A DNA stretch of 63,370 bases, the filler included, from Reticulomyxa filosa (lineage: Eukaryota; Protista; Foraminifera): the NCBI GenBank assembly GCA_000512085.1. It is 18 parts of 18 records of this genome, joined end to end, with 100 filler letters (N's around TTAATTAATTAA, not from the genome) between each part and the next. Parts side by side here need not be neighbours in the genome. Positions count along the whole stretch, not along the records: positions 10,421 to 18,953 come from ASPP01005705.1; positions 19,054 to 23,646 come from ASPP01009920.1; positions 23,747 to 34,751 come from ASPP01003918.1; 15 more parts are not named here. One strand, given 5' to 3'. Of the stretch, positions 14,074 to 26,700 are shown piece by piece. Position 1 is the stretch's first letter. Each line of letters begins with the position of its first letter. Position numbers and translations under genes: made by a program. The notes beneath the pieces are model-generated. The model had not been told where the DNA came from. It saw nothing but the letters and a program-made list of their open reading frames with translations, and searched no databases.

Positions 14074-15951
14074 CACTCTTGCTGCTGACACTTCTTCTCA
14101 AACAATGTCCTGTGGCTGCTTCTTCTTTTGCCACTTGGTTCTTTTTGCTGCTTGGCTTTTCCTTCTTTGAACACATGCTGGCTCACTTTGCTTTTGTCTT
14201 ATCTGGTAGCTCCTTTTTTTTTCTTTTTTTGTTCGTTTGGTTATTGAGTCTTTTGCTATTTGGTCTTTTTTTCAATGTACATTTGGAGTCGGAAATAAAT
14301 TTGTGATGATTGCTCGATATAATAATCCAAATTAACATTCATCATTCCTTTGTCACTATGCTACTTCTGTAACTCTTTAATCAGCTACATACACCTCCTG
14401 CTGCGCTATACATTGTCCTTTTATCATCAAAGACGCTCTTAAACTCTTCTTTGAGCTCTATTACGCTGAAAATACACATTTATACAAGAATGTACTTTGT
14501 CCTTGTTTTACGAAAGTTCAGCACCAACAGAAGGGGCTACTCTTGCAGAAAAGATTTTTTAAAAAAGCATGCCTGAACAACAGGCAAAATTTTGATTTCG
14601 TACGTAAACATTGTAAAAAAAGTGAGGGATGATAATGTTAATTCAAGCGTATAGCGTGTCAGGAGCAAGACAAAAATTAAATGATTCTTTGCTTGCAAGT
14701 GAAAGTAAACTGTGTTTGTATGATGCCACCAATGCAAAATATTGTCCAGTCACAAGTTTGGTCAATTTGTTTCGTTGACTGCAATGAATGTTTGCCATAA
14801 TAACACTTTCAATTCTCTTATTTTCACTGCATTGTTGTTAATCAGTTCAAATGAAATTTATCGCTTTTTTGGACTTTTATTAAAAACCGAATACATTTTT
14901 GGATTCTCTATGATGAGTAGATATTATTTAAAAAAAGAATTTTTGATAAATATTGATTTTTATGAAGAAACACATGAATCTTCATATTGGTTCATTTTAA
15001 GTTGATCTTTTTTTAGCTATCGATTGTATGTCAAAAATCTATGCTTTGGGATGCTGTAATCCCGAACAAGAATCTTCAGTGAAAAAATGACAAATTATTT
15101 ACTGATTTTGAGGAGACACACTGATTACTGATTTTCCCAATTATTACAGTTACTAAAAAATTTTTAGAAGAGCGGAAGTGAAATTATTTCATTACATTTT
15201 TAATTTTTGTCTTTATCACCAGTTTATATAAAAATGAAAACTTTTTAATTTTCTTTTAACGTTTTTAAATTTTTTCAATATCGAAAAAAGAATTCGATAC
15301 TGATCGTTTGCTGACTAATGAGCACTTTTCAAGCTTTATTTGCTTTATCTGACTTCTTTTTGGGGTAATTCTAAAACCGATTTGCACGTTGCTAATGTAG
15401 GGCAAGTCCCTACTACGAGTGTCTGAACGTCAAGGGAACGGAGGAATGCCCAGTAGGCTAAACTTCCTCAACAAACTACTTCTTACTTTCTTGCTTTTCT
15501 TTACTTTTCTTTTGTTATCTTGTTTTATTACTTAAATTACTTTCGTTTTACGAAACCCTTATTCTCTTCTTAGTAAACACCTCTCGTATTACAGTTAGTG
15601 TACCAATACTATCAGCAGACGTCCCACACTAAAGACAACAATTCTTCAAATTTTTCCTGTGATTGTTCCAATTCTGTTAGTTTAACAAACATCACAGCTC
15701 GTTGGGCCATCGATTTGGTGATTAGTTTTCTCACCAAATTTAACACCTGTGTCACCGAAATTTAGATGAGTACACCCAGAAAAAAGCTAACGAAATTGAA
15801 TTAAAGAGTAGTTATTAAAAGGCCTTATAAGAGATATAAAAATGTGAACTGTATTAATCATTAAGATGTTTTGAAATAAAAAAAGCAGGATCTCTTAATT
15901 TTTGTATTTAGATATGTGTGAGATAAAAAGGTTGAATTTCAGTATGAAATA

Positions 15952-17617
15952 TCAAATATCAAATTCTCCAATCACATCAAAGACTGCTTCGCTGTGTTGT
16001 GACTCGGAACCACTGACAATGGACTCATTTCTGTCATCAGTGAAGTCGTCATGCATCCCAAAGGAGGACTCGGAGCTATCATCGTAATCGTCTGTCCGAA
16101 AAGAGCGAGATATTTGGCCTCTTCTTTTGTCCACAAGAATAAAGCGAAAATTGATTTCGCAGCAAGTGCTTTCGCTGAAAGTAGATGTGTTATTAAGAAG
16201 CGAGAGAGTGGCCCATCGGCTGTGTATTTGTTTGCGATGAAACTCACAGTCAAGAGACAGAGGAGGGAAAGTTATGTGTGTCTCTGTATCCGGGCCTTGG
16301 AAAATGCAGATTTGGAGCAAGAGACAGCCTTTGAGATGGCTGTGGCTAAGCAAAACGAGTCGAACTTTCATGTCAACAGGATTTGTGATATTGTGTTTGT
16401 CTTGTGTTTGTTTGACTTCGACGAGCCAAACATTGTTCAACGCGTGAAAAGGACGAGAGTGAACAACGCCTTCACTATCAAAGGTTTGGCCCTGTGCCAC
16501 GTCACATTACAGTTATTTCAAAACAGATTTTGATTTTCAATCAAAAGAAGTTTGTTTATGTATATATATATATATAAACACACATATACATATATATATA
16601 TATATATATATGCATATATATATATAGTATTTCTATGAAACTGCGCCCACCACAACGTCTCTGGTAACAATGTTTCGACATCGAATTTCCAAAATGTTGC
16701 AAATTTTGATATAACGCTTATCAACTTGTTTTGCGTTGTTCAAAGCGAGATTGTCTTTGGAATTTTTCGCTTTTACCTGTTCCAACAATTGGGACGGCGA
16801 CATTGCGCTGGTTTGGCAGCACTTGTGGTGCTGCTTTCTGTCCTTTTGCAGCCCCTTCCACGGACACCCCAACGGCTCAAACCGGCACGTCACAGGGCGA
16901 TACGGACATCGTGTCTCCATGTGCTGTCTCAAATGCGCAAACTGCATCGCTGCCGTGCAGCCAATGTTGCGGCACTTCACTTCCAATGTTTCCAAATGTC
17001 GTTCTGCTAAGCGATTGCGGATTGGGCTACGTCGAGATATTGCCACTGTGCAAATTGGGCACATTGCCTTCTTTGCTGCACAATTGCTTTTTTTTTTTTT
17101 TAAAAAAAAAAAACAAAACAAATAATAAAAATTAAAATTGGAAACACTTTTTGAAATTTAGGTAATACACACATGCCAAGCAAATCACTTTACCGTTTGT
17201 AACATGTCTGACAGAAAAAATGTCCATTTGAACACTGATAAATGTGATCGGGTGGGAGATCTTTGCATACTACACACGCTTTTTTTTTTTACAAAAAAAA
17301 ATAAAAAAGACAAGAGAATCACAGCAATACAATGAGTGCAATGTCTCAAGTATTTTGACAAAGATTTGCCTTCCGATTCTTATTCCTTGGTTGGACAAAA
17401 AAAAAATGCTGGTGCTTAAACAGCTTGTTCGAACGTCATTACCTAACTCTTCAAGCGAAATATCATCACACTTCATTTTCTCAGCTCCATCGGAAACTGC
17501 TTTTTCTTCCACACTTTCCATGCCATCTTGTTCTCTAGCAGCATTATTTTCTGTTATATTTGCGATATAAGAGCTAATATCATCATCAAGCGAATCAATT
17601 TTTTTATTTTCATTCAT
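15952..17617 (-). CDS. RING + TRAF/Sina-type zinc finger protein (CYHR1/ZFTRAF1-like), multi-exon
   Basis: Exon DLPPDHIYQCSNGHFFCQTCYKR (about 17195-17263); CPICTVAISRRSPIRNRLAERHLETLEVKC; HMETRCPYRPVTCRFEPLGCPWKG; acidic tail. Confidence 0.8.
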
Positions 17618-18170
17618 GATCGCCGCCTTTTCAAAACATCTGAGCCGAGCATTAGTTTGTAGGAGCGTTGCCTTTTTTGACGTTTTTTCCTTTCTTAGCA
17701 GCGAAACGTGTTTAAAGAACTTTTCGTGTTGCGTTCTGAAATATCAGTACTTATTCAACTTTTTAATATTGTATCTTGAGATGCTTTGACTTGCAATTTT
17801 CTGCAATTCCGTTTAAAAGAGAAATACAAGAATTGCGACTTTTGTTATTTTGACGAATCTAATTTTTTTACAACAGTCATATACTGTTTGTTATGGCCTC
17901 TATTTTTAGTTTGGAAAAGAAGGAGTTATTCTTTACAACGAAAACAACCGAAATTTCAGTTGAAGTTTAATTCAAAATGTTTTTTGTTGAGTATCAACAC
18001 TGCAGTGTTTTGCAACGTAATTAGAAGAGTCGATTGTGAATAAGTAATGCGATGACAGATATCAATAGCATGACCAAGATAATTTGTATTGTCATCAAAA
18101 TCGATTTGCGTGCAAAGTATGTGTCTATCATACTACACGACGGCCGTAACTTGTTTATTTGCAGGTGTGG

Positions 18171-18953
18171 CTATTGCTTTCCAGAGATTGGTTGTCGACG
18201 GTCTACAGGTTTGAGCACAGTAATGTACAATTGATGAAAAGTGCGTTGAACAGCCGACACCTGAACAGGAACGAGATCAAATAGCAAGTACGTTTCTGTT
18301 TCATTGTCATCCCATTTGAATTGAAGCTGTTTGGGAGAAACATCGACGAGAGACTTGACGTTTGCATTTTTGACTGTAGGCAGGAAAATTGTTCTTTTTT
18401 TTTTTTTTTTGGAACATTCCATTTTTTTTTTTTTGCACAAAGTGAAAAAAGGAGTGTCTAAAGAAAGAAAGAAAGAAAGAAAAATGCAACCGTTGGATTT
18501 GCAAATTTGGTACAAAGAGCTCAAAGTAGTTCGATCGGATGTCGACAATGACAGCATGGAACTCGGAAGGATTATTAACGAATGGAAGTGCTAAGTGAAG
18601 CTCTCGATCCAGAAGTTGCGCACGGGCGATATCTTTGGCCAGCTGATTGCAATCTTTGACGAAGACTTGGATGTGATGGATGAGGGGCAATTCGATTTGG
18701 TACGTGTGACATTTGGGGTCGATGGCGTAGCTCAGTAAGCGATGCACGATGACACCCGCGTAAGAGCGAGTGGGAGAGGTGAAGTGGGTGTAGGGAGACA
18801 AAAACAAGCCCCAGTGCTGCGTCTTCTCATTTCCGCAAGCGAGAGTGTCATATTGTGGACTCGGGATATTTTTATTCATCCAGTGCCATAGTAATGACCA
18901 GCCTGGCATGGCATTAGCATTGACATTGGCATTGGCATTGGCATTGGCATTGG
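18171..18953 (-). CDS. RNase II/RNB-family exoribonuclease domain protein, C-terminal fragment
   Basis: QHWGLFLSPYTHFTSPTRSYAGVIVHRLL matches the RNB motif H.GL....YTHFTSPIRRY.D..VHRLL, followed by an S1-like segment (AVIVDIRSNYFELFVPNL). Confidence 0.78.
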
Positions 18954-19185
18954 NNNNNNNNNNNNNNNNNNNNNNNNNNNNNNNNNNNNNNNNNNNNTTA
19001 ATTAATTAANNNNNNNNNNNNNNNNNNNNNNNNNNNNNNNNNNNNNNNNNNNNTGCTTTGAAGTGATTGTTTTTTTTTTTTTTTTAACATTGGTGACACT
19101 TTTAGAGTGCGAAATCCCGAACAGTACAAAAAAAATAAAGTAAAATAAAATAAACAAAACAAAACAAAACAATTGGCAAAACACA

Positions 19186-20915
19186 GTGGCAAAGTGTGAA
19201 TTTTTTAACGCTGGCGGGTCGGTGAAAGATCGCATTGGCAAACGCATGGTGATGGATGCGGAAAAACAAGGAAGAATAAAACCGGGCGATACGTTGATTG
19301 AACCGACATCTGGCAACACTGGCATCGGCTTGGCGTTGGCGGCAGCGATCAAAGGTTACAAAATGATTATAACACTGCCCGAAAAAATGAGCAATGAAAA
19401 GGTGTATGTATTGAAGGCTTTGGGTGCCGAAATTATCCGTACCCCAACCAGTGCCGCTTTTGACTCGCCCGAATCGCATATCGGTGTTGCCATGAGCTTG
19501 AATCAACAACTTCCCAACTCGCATATTTTTGGACCAAGTTTTGATTTTGTTTTCAATTGTTTGTTTGAGACCTTTTTCATATAAAAAAAAATAACAAAAT
19601 AATAAAATAATAAATTTATTACCCCCCTTTTTTTTTTTAAAAAAAAAAAAGTATGGTAACCCATCCAATCCATTGGCACACTACGACGAAACGGCAGAGG
19701 AAATATTAACCCAATGTGATGGCAAAATTGACATGATTGTAATGACTGCGGGCACTGGTGGCACAATCACTGGCATAGCTGCTAAAATCAAACAAAAGCT
19801 GCCGAATTGTGAGATTGTTGGAGTTGACCCTCATGGTTCCATCCTGGCCGAACCGGCGACTTTGAACCCGGAAGGAATACACAGCTATCAGGTCGAAGGC
19901 ATTGGCTATGACTTTATCCCGAAAGTGCTGAAGAGAGAACTCGTTGACACTTGGGTCAAAACTCACGACAAGGAATCTTTTGAAATGGCCAGGTATTTCA
20001 TTTAAAAAAAAAAAAAGGGGAGATTGTGTGTTTATTGACAAAATGAATAAAAAATTTTTTTTTACAAAAAAATACAATATATAAAGACGATTGATTCGTG
20101 AAGAAGGGTTATTGTGTGGAGGCTCTTCTGGTTCAGCCGTAGTCGGTGCTTTGCATGCTGCGAAGAAATTGAAAAAAGGGCAACGCTGTGTTGTGCTGTT
20201 GGCTGACTCAATCCGCAATTACATGAGCAAACACTTGAGTGATGACTGGATGTTGGACCATGGCTTTGTGGATTCCTCTCAATTGGAAACTGAAAGTGAA
20301 GAAAAGTTATGGTGGATTGGACGCACTGTCCAAGACTTGAAATTTAATGCCCCTGTCACTGTTACTTCCCGTGTCTCTTGTCAAACGGCCATTGACATTA
20401 TGGCCAAAACAGGCTTTGATCAGTTGCCTGTTTTTGATGGAGAAAAAGTTGAATCAACAAATGTTTTTATTCTATTTGTATGTAATTTGCTGTCACAATC
20501 ATCGTATAACAAAAAAGTTGACACGTATTCTGTTTGTCTTGAAAATGACCAGTTGGTTGGAGTGGTGACTGACGGCGCATTAACTGCAAAAATTTTCCAT
20601 GGCAGAGCAAAAAAAACAGATCCTGTCACCAAGTGCATGTACGGTGATTTCAAGACAGTGTCGCTTGAAACTACTTTAGGAGAACTATCCAAAATATTCA
20701 ACATAAGACACTTTGTCTTGGTAATGGCGAAACAAAGCCTCTATGAAGACGCCACCACTGCTACGACCAAAACAATGGTTGTGGGTATCCTCACAAGAAT
20801 AGATTTGCTTAATTTCGTTGTCGCGAGAGATCGCGCAAGTTCTTTGCGTCAAGTAAACCATCAACCCCTCATCCTGAAAGTGATGTTTGAACCAAATAAA
20901 AAATGTCAAAGTTGA
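19186..20915 (+). CDS. CBS: Cystathionine beta-synthase with C-terminal CBS domains, 5'-truncated, multi-exon
   Basis: [17 protein letters not shown] (PLP Lys), [76 protein letters not shown]. An extra T at about 19526-19530 breaks HILDQ. Confidence 0.96.
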
Positions 20916-21418
20916 TAAAACCTTTTTTTATGAGTGGGAATGCGTGTACAAACATCAAACAGTGAACCTCAATGTGGGTTTGTGTGTTTTTAAAATTCTT
21001 CCCGTTACGAATTCCAAATGGGAGGTAATTTTAACACTTCCGCATTATTAACTACATACTTTTGTTCGTGTTGATTCTGCAGTTTGTTTTAAGTAAACAA
21101 ATCCAACCCAAAGCAAAATTTTTGGAATTGTGCGAAACTAAACAAAAACATAAAAGAACCAAGGACAATGGCTTACAAAGAAAAATTATAAAAAAAAGAC
21201 CAACTAAAAAAGTACCTCAACATTTTTTTTTTTCAAATTCAATTAGGAAAATACTCCAAACCAAAATAAAAAACAGATACAATTGATCACGCAAAAAACT
21301 ATTAAAAAACACACAGCAACCACTCTGACCCTACATCACAGAAAGAGCAAAGAACAGATTGGCCAGGGAAGTAACAATACCGTTCTTTTTTTTTCCGGAA
21401 AGATTTAAAAAAAGTTTT

Positions 21419-22021
21419 TTACAAAGCTGTCGACTTCGATTGAATCAAAAAATCAGTGGTAGAATGAACATTTTTGGGATGCTTGGAATTTATTCCTCTG
21501 GATGATTTGGGTGTCATGGGTGGTGGCAATCCTCCGGGCCCATACAACGGACGAACCGTGTAATGCTTTGTAAAGTCACGACTTGCATGATCAACCTGAA
21601 TGGACATGGGCTTGGGCTGCAGCCAATGATTGATCATAGATTCATCCACTTTTCCAAGAAGAGCATCTTTGATAAGCCTCAACTCGGCGATGTTGTCTTC
21701 AATTGCACGCATCGGATTGACAAGATCTTCCGCTAAGGGGTTAGGCAAAGAAGGGGAATGAGAGCCACGAGCGCGGTCAAGGAATGGAGTGTGAATCCGA
21801 TCAGAGAGTGAGCGTGAGGCATGAGTATGCATGGGAGTACGTTGAATTTTATCCAAGATTTGTTGCAATTTGTTGCCTAGCGCACGTTCCAGTTGCATTC
21901 TGCGATGAAGAAACGTGTGATGTTGTTGTGGATGAGCATGGAGGAGAAGTGGAGAGCTGTGTTTGTTTGTGGCAACTGTTTGACGAAGATTTGAGTGCTA
22001 TCATCACTAGTATCGTCATTA

Positions 22022-22060
<39 letters not shown>

Positions 22061-23620
22061 CATTATCATTGTCGTTGTCACTCTCTTTGTGATTGTGAGT
22101 ACGAAAAAGGGAGAGTGAACAGGATGAGTGGGAAGAGAAGGGCGCGAATGAGAAAAAGAAAAGGATCGTTGAGGAGGAGGAGGAGGAGGAGGAGGATGAC
22201 GATGAGTAGCAGCAGTGGCATGATTTGGAGTGTGTGTTTTTTTGAGAGCATTGGAATGAGTACGTTGGAGTGTATGGCGATGGAAGTGGTGTGACGAAGT
22301 TGGAGTGGTGACGGTAGAAACGGAGGTAGGTTGAATATGAGTATGAAGTTGATGAAGATGGAGTCCGAGATTGGGATGAGAAGAGCGATAGAGGGGATGT
22401 GAGGCTTCAATGATGAGTTTGACACAATGGGCCTGTTCCACAAGGCTTCGAATGTCCTCCAAAGCGGGATAGCGCATGACCCTGGACAGACATTCTTGTT
22501 CGTCTCCGTCCATCAATTGCTGGCGAATGAGCATGAGCATAGCGCAGCACGTATAATCAACCATACGAAACTCGAGCTGTTGATCCAGCACTTGTTTGTG
22601 GAACGGACTGAGTTGTGCCTCCATTTCAAACTCTGGAGTCTGCGTGCGAGTCTTGGCCAGCGTCGGCATTTGTCGTTGAAACAAGTTCTGAATGTGGATA
22701 TATCGGTGGTGGCAAAAGGTGCTGAAGATGGCATCCCAAAGGATGCACACGTCGCCTATGTCAAACTCGCGAGTGAAAAACAGGCGAATCCATCGCAGCA
22801 TATACAATTGTGGTTCAATCTTCAGTTCGCCGAGTCGTTGGCATAGTCGCGCATCGACTTGTGCCAAGTAGTCATATTGAATCCATTGACAACGAAGTGT
22901 GATGGGAGGAAGATTCGTTAACAAAGAAGAAGAAGAAGAAGATGATGATGATGATTGACGATTATTATTATTATTATTATTATTATTATGATAATAATAC
23001 TTAGACATATAACGCATGACCATATCAAATAACCAATATGTATCATGGTCGATGAAACGACAGTCTTGAACGACTTCCCAAAGACTTGGACTTGTGGTCG
23101 GTGTGACGAGCAAGGTGGACTGCACCATATTGACCAAGTACAAAATGGCCACCAGTTCGTTCATGCCTTGCTGATACAGCAAGTGCGGATGCTCTTTCGC
23201 ATAGACGAAGAGCAAGTCCGTCAAATGTGTTTGCACGTAAGCACAATTGAAAAATAAATGTTCCGGATAAGTCCGTTCCACATCCAATTCTATCCTTTCT
23301 CGTAACTCTTTATCTTTATCTTTATTTTTATTTTTATTTCTATTTCTATTTTTATTTTTATTTTTATCTTCATCTTTATCTTTATCTTTGTCGTCCTTCT
23401 CACGTCCCAAATCTTTGTATTTATTCCATAATTGCTCGTATGCCTTGCGCTTCGTCTCCAATTCTGTCTTCCATCGTTTCACCTCCAATGACACATATCC
23501 CAAATACATCTTCCAATATACCGATCGGATTCGCGAGTGACCCAAGTCCATTTGCTCTGCTCTTCCCATCAGCTTCTTCAAATCCAATCCACTTTCCATT
23601 CCGCCACTTTCTATAAACAC
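21419..23620 (-). CDS. TBC1D5: TBC-domain Rab GTPase-activating protein (TBC1D5-like)
   Basis: IRSVYWKMYLG; IELDVERTYPE (Arg finger); YQQGMNEL (Gln finger); EPQLYMLRWIRLFFTREF..DVCILWDAIF. Poly-N/S/P inserts; the 3' segment 21419-21940 is joined across an (AAT)n tract. Confidence 0.85.
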
Positions 23621-23746
23621 TTTAAACTCCGTTCTTTTTTTTTTTTNNNNNNNNNNNNNNNNNNNNNNNNNNNNNNNNNNNNNNNNNNNNTTAATTAATT
23701 AANNNNNNNNNNNNNNNNNNNNNNNNNNNNNNNNNNNNNNNNNNNN

Positions 23747-26700
23747 GGCCAATTGGAAATTCCGACAAAAGATATCTTTGGATCTTCCAAGAGTTGGTGC
23801 AATATTTTTAAAGGAGAGTGCTTTGAATGTTCGGCCAATCCAATTTCATCGAGCAATAGAATTGGCTTGACTTGATTGTTCTCACTGTGACGCATTGCTT
23901 GATCCCATCGCTCTTTAATTCCTTGCGGTTTGCTATCACGAGTGCATTGGAATGCAATGGTATGAATTGGCTTAACAGCGAAATGTATATTAACTTTCTT
24001 TAATCTTTCTTCAAACTCCGTTTTATTGTGAGAAAGGTTGTCACGAACAATTTGAAAAGATAGAGTCTTTGAGGTGCCAGGTTTGCCCACTAAAACAATC
24101 GGGGTAGTAGTGATAATGGACATGAACAAAATGAACAAATTTTCTTTTAATCCTTGATTCAATGCAACACCTCCAGGGATTAAAAACGATTTGCACAGCG
24201 TGTCCACTTCTTGTTCCAAGAGTTTGGTAAATGTATTATCTGTGGAGGAAAGCTCTTTACTCAAGTCTTGTCTTTGATTGATGTTTAGTCGAAAGTAATA
24301 ACATAATCCAATGGCAATGTTCAAGCTTCGGCTAATCCAAGGAATATCGTTGGAATTCTTTAATTTAAAGCATTGCTTCATCAACCATTCAAATATCTTC
24401 AAACATCTTGACACATCTCGCAATGAGACAATGGCTTTATCTCTTAAATGTATGCGTAAAAACTTTTGGGCTGTTGCAATCTTTTTCGAAATTTCATTTT
24501 TCCATTTTTCAAAATCCTCATGTAAGCCAAACGGAAGCTCATTTTTCACTTGATTTGTCATTTCTACTATATACTGTTGCTCATCAAGTTCTGACAATCT
24601 TCCAAATGACCATACGTACTCCTTCATAGTCTCACACAATGGATGCACTCGGTATATGTATTTGCTCAATTCATCGTTTGTAAGCAATTCACCTTCTTCG
24701 GCACTCAATTTACGTTTTCGATATGGATTGCATGCAGCAATGACTTTAATATCTTCTGGTATTTTTACTCCGTCCAATGTATGATTGCACACCAATTCGT
24801 TCAACCAACCAATATCTGGAGAAGTATTAATTTCATCCAAAAATATCCATTGTTCCCGATCTCTCTTATTCTGTTTCTTTTTCATTTCCTCAATGTGTTT
24901 CTCAAACCCTTTCCTTTCTTCCTCGGTCATTATCGTTTTTTTAGTACTCTTTTTCTTATTTTCTTCCTCAATCTTTTCCCTTTCCTCTTCCTCTTCCATT
25001 GCGATCTTTTTTCCGTCCTCTTCCCATTTGTTTACGCACGCTTTAACAATGTCCCGAAGATCTTGCCTTCCAAATCCACCATGTACATCTATGGCTTGCA
25101 AGGAAACATGAGCTACTTTGGCCAGACATTTGATCAATGATGTCTTTCCACAGCCTGTTTCTCCCATTAAAATAATCGGTGTATTGGATTGTATCCTCAA
25201 ATATATTGCAATCATTTTCAATATATTGTCATAAGTTAATACATAATATCGGAATTCTCCAATTTTCATATTTTCAATTTTCATTTCTGGCTCTTTTTTT
25301 TCATCTGACATGAACTCCGTTCCCCATAATTCCACTTTAATCTTTGTCTTTAGTGTTTCTTTTGTGCCAACAATACGAAACAATAACTCTGTTCTTTTAT
25401 CTTTTTCTTTAATTTCTTCAGACACGTTCTTCGATTGATTGTCCGTATTTTTCTTCTAGTTTTGTTGTAAATGTATTTTGCAAAGTGTATATTCATACAA
25501 CAGCTTTGTACTTCCTAAATATATGCATACATATAAGGAATTAATGACAAGATTCCATTCGATTGCAATCGCCTTGTGCCGAGCTTTCATCTGTTCATTC
25601 CAACTCAGGAGCGTAAAACCCAAACTGCTAAAGGCTTGCAACAAAGGTTGAGGCGCAGATGTTGTATCATTAATCAGTGTTGAAATTGTACCTTTTCAGA
25701 AAGAGATGAAAGCCAAAAGCAAAAGCCGTTTTATATGCACACATATTCAAAAGTGAAGTTTTCATTGGAAATCAATCTTAATAAATTGGACAAACCTGCA
25801 TCATCTTGATTGACTAAATACAAAAAATCTTTGGATCTTTGCCATTCTTTGCACAAATAAAACTCTTCCTCTCCTTCACTCTCTTCGAGATTGTTTCCGT
25901 TGCTGTGTGCGTTCCCTCTCTCATACAATCGACTGGAAAGATCCATGCTGATCGCAATGATAGATTTGGTGACTTCGTGTTTGAAACGCAAGGGCCATTC
26001 TCGGCTTTCTTTGTCTTCATTTCGTAAAAAAACAGAGTCAACCAAGGGAGAAAATTGATTGAATAGATATTTATAAAAAGCAGTTTGATGCAATGGAGAA
26101 GCTTGCTCAATTTTTGGACATTTCGTTTTCATGATTTGAATCATTTCTGCAGGTTGCAGATCAGGAATTTCTTTCATTTTGGGATCTGTGCTCCTATTGT
26201 TTTATTTATTTTTGATTTTTTTTTTAATTGGACTAAAAAGATAACAATATAAAAAAAATATATTTTTTTTTTTTTGCAACTTTAAATTTTCAGCAAAGAA
26301 TTCTTTCATCCATTTAATAGCAAACTGTGCTTCTGGACCGAATACATATGGATTGGTATCTTTAGACACTTTAACAATGGGAAGCTTTGACAAAGAGAAT
26401 ATTGTATATAACACCTTTTTGTAATCGTTATTACTTCCATTCAATTTGAAAGGCATTTCAATTAAGAAGGCCATGTTCGTATTGACATGGAAACATTGCG
26501 ACGCCGGCACGTTCAATGTGGTGTTGATATGCTGCAAAAACAATAGCTCAAATAAAAACGTATTCATTGAAGCCGAAACACAAGAGGAAATATCTAGATG
26601 ATATACTACCAGGTTATCAGCATGATAATTGAGTTGGGAACACTTACTTTCAATACCAATTAAATTTTCTTGCACTTGTTCTTCATTTGTGCAAGGATGA

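Noticed and set aside
15400-15470. RNase MRP/P RNA (AAGTCCC...GTAGGCT resembles the P4 strands)
   Set aside because: The two halves are only about 40 nt apart and pair imperfectly, too short for that RNA.
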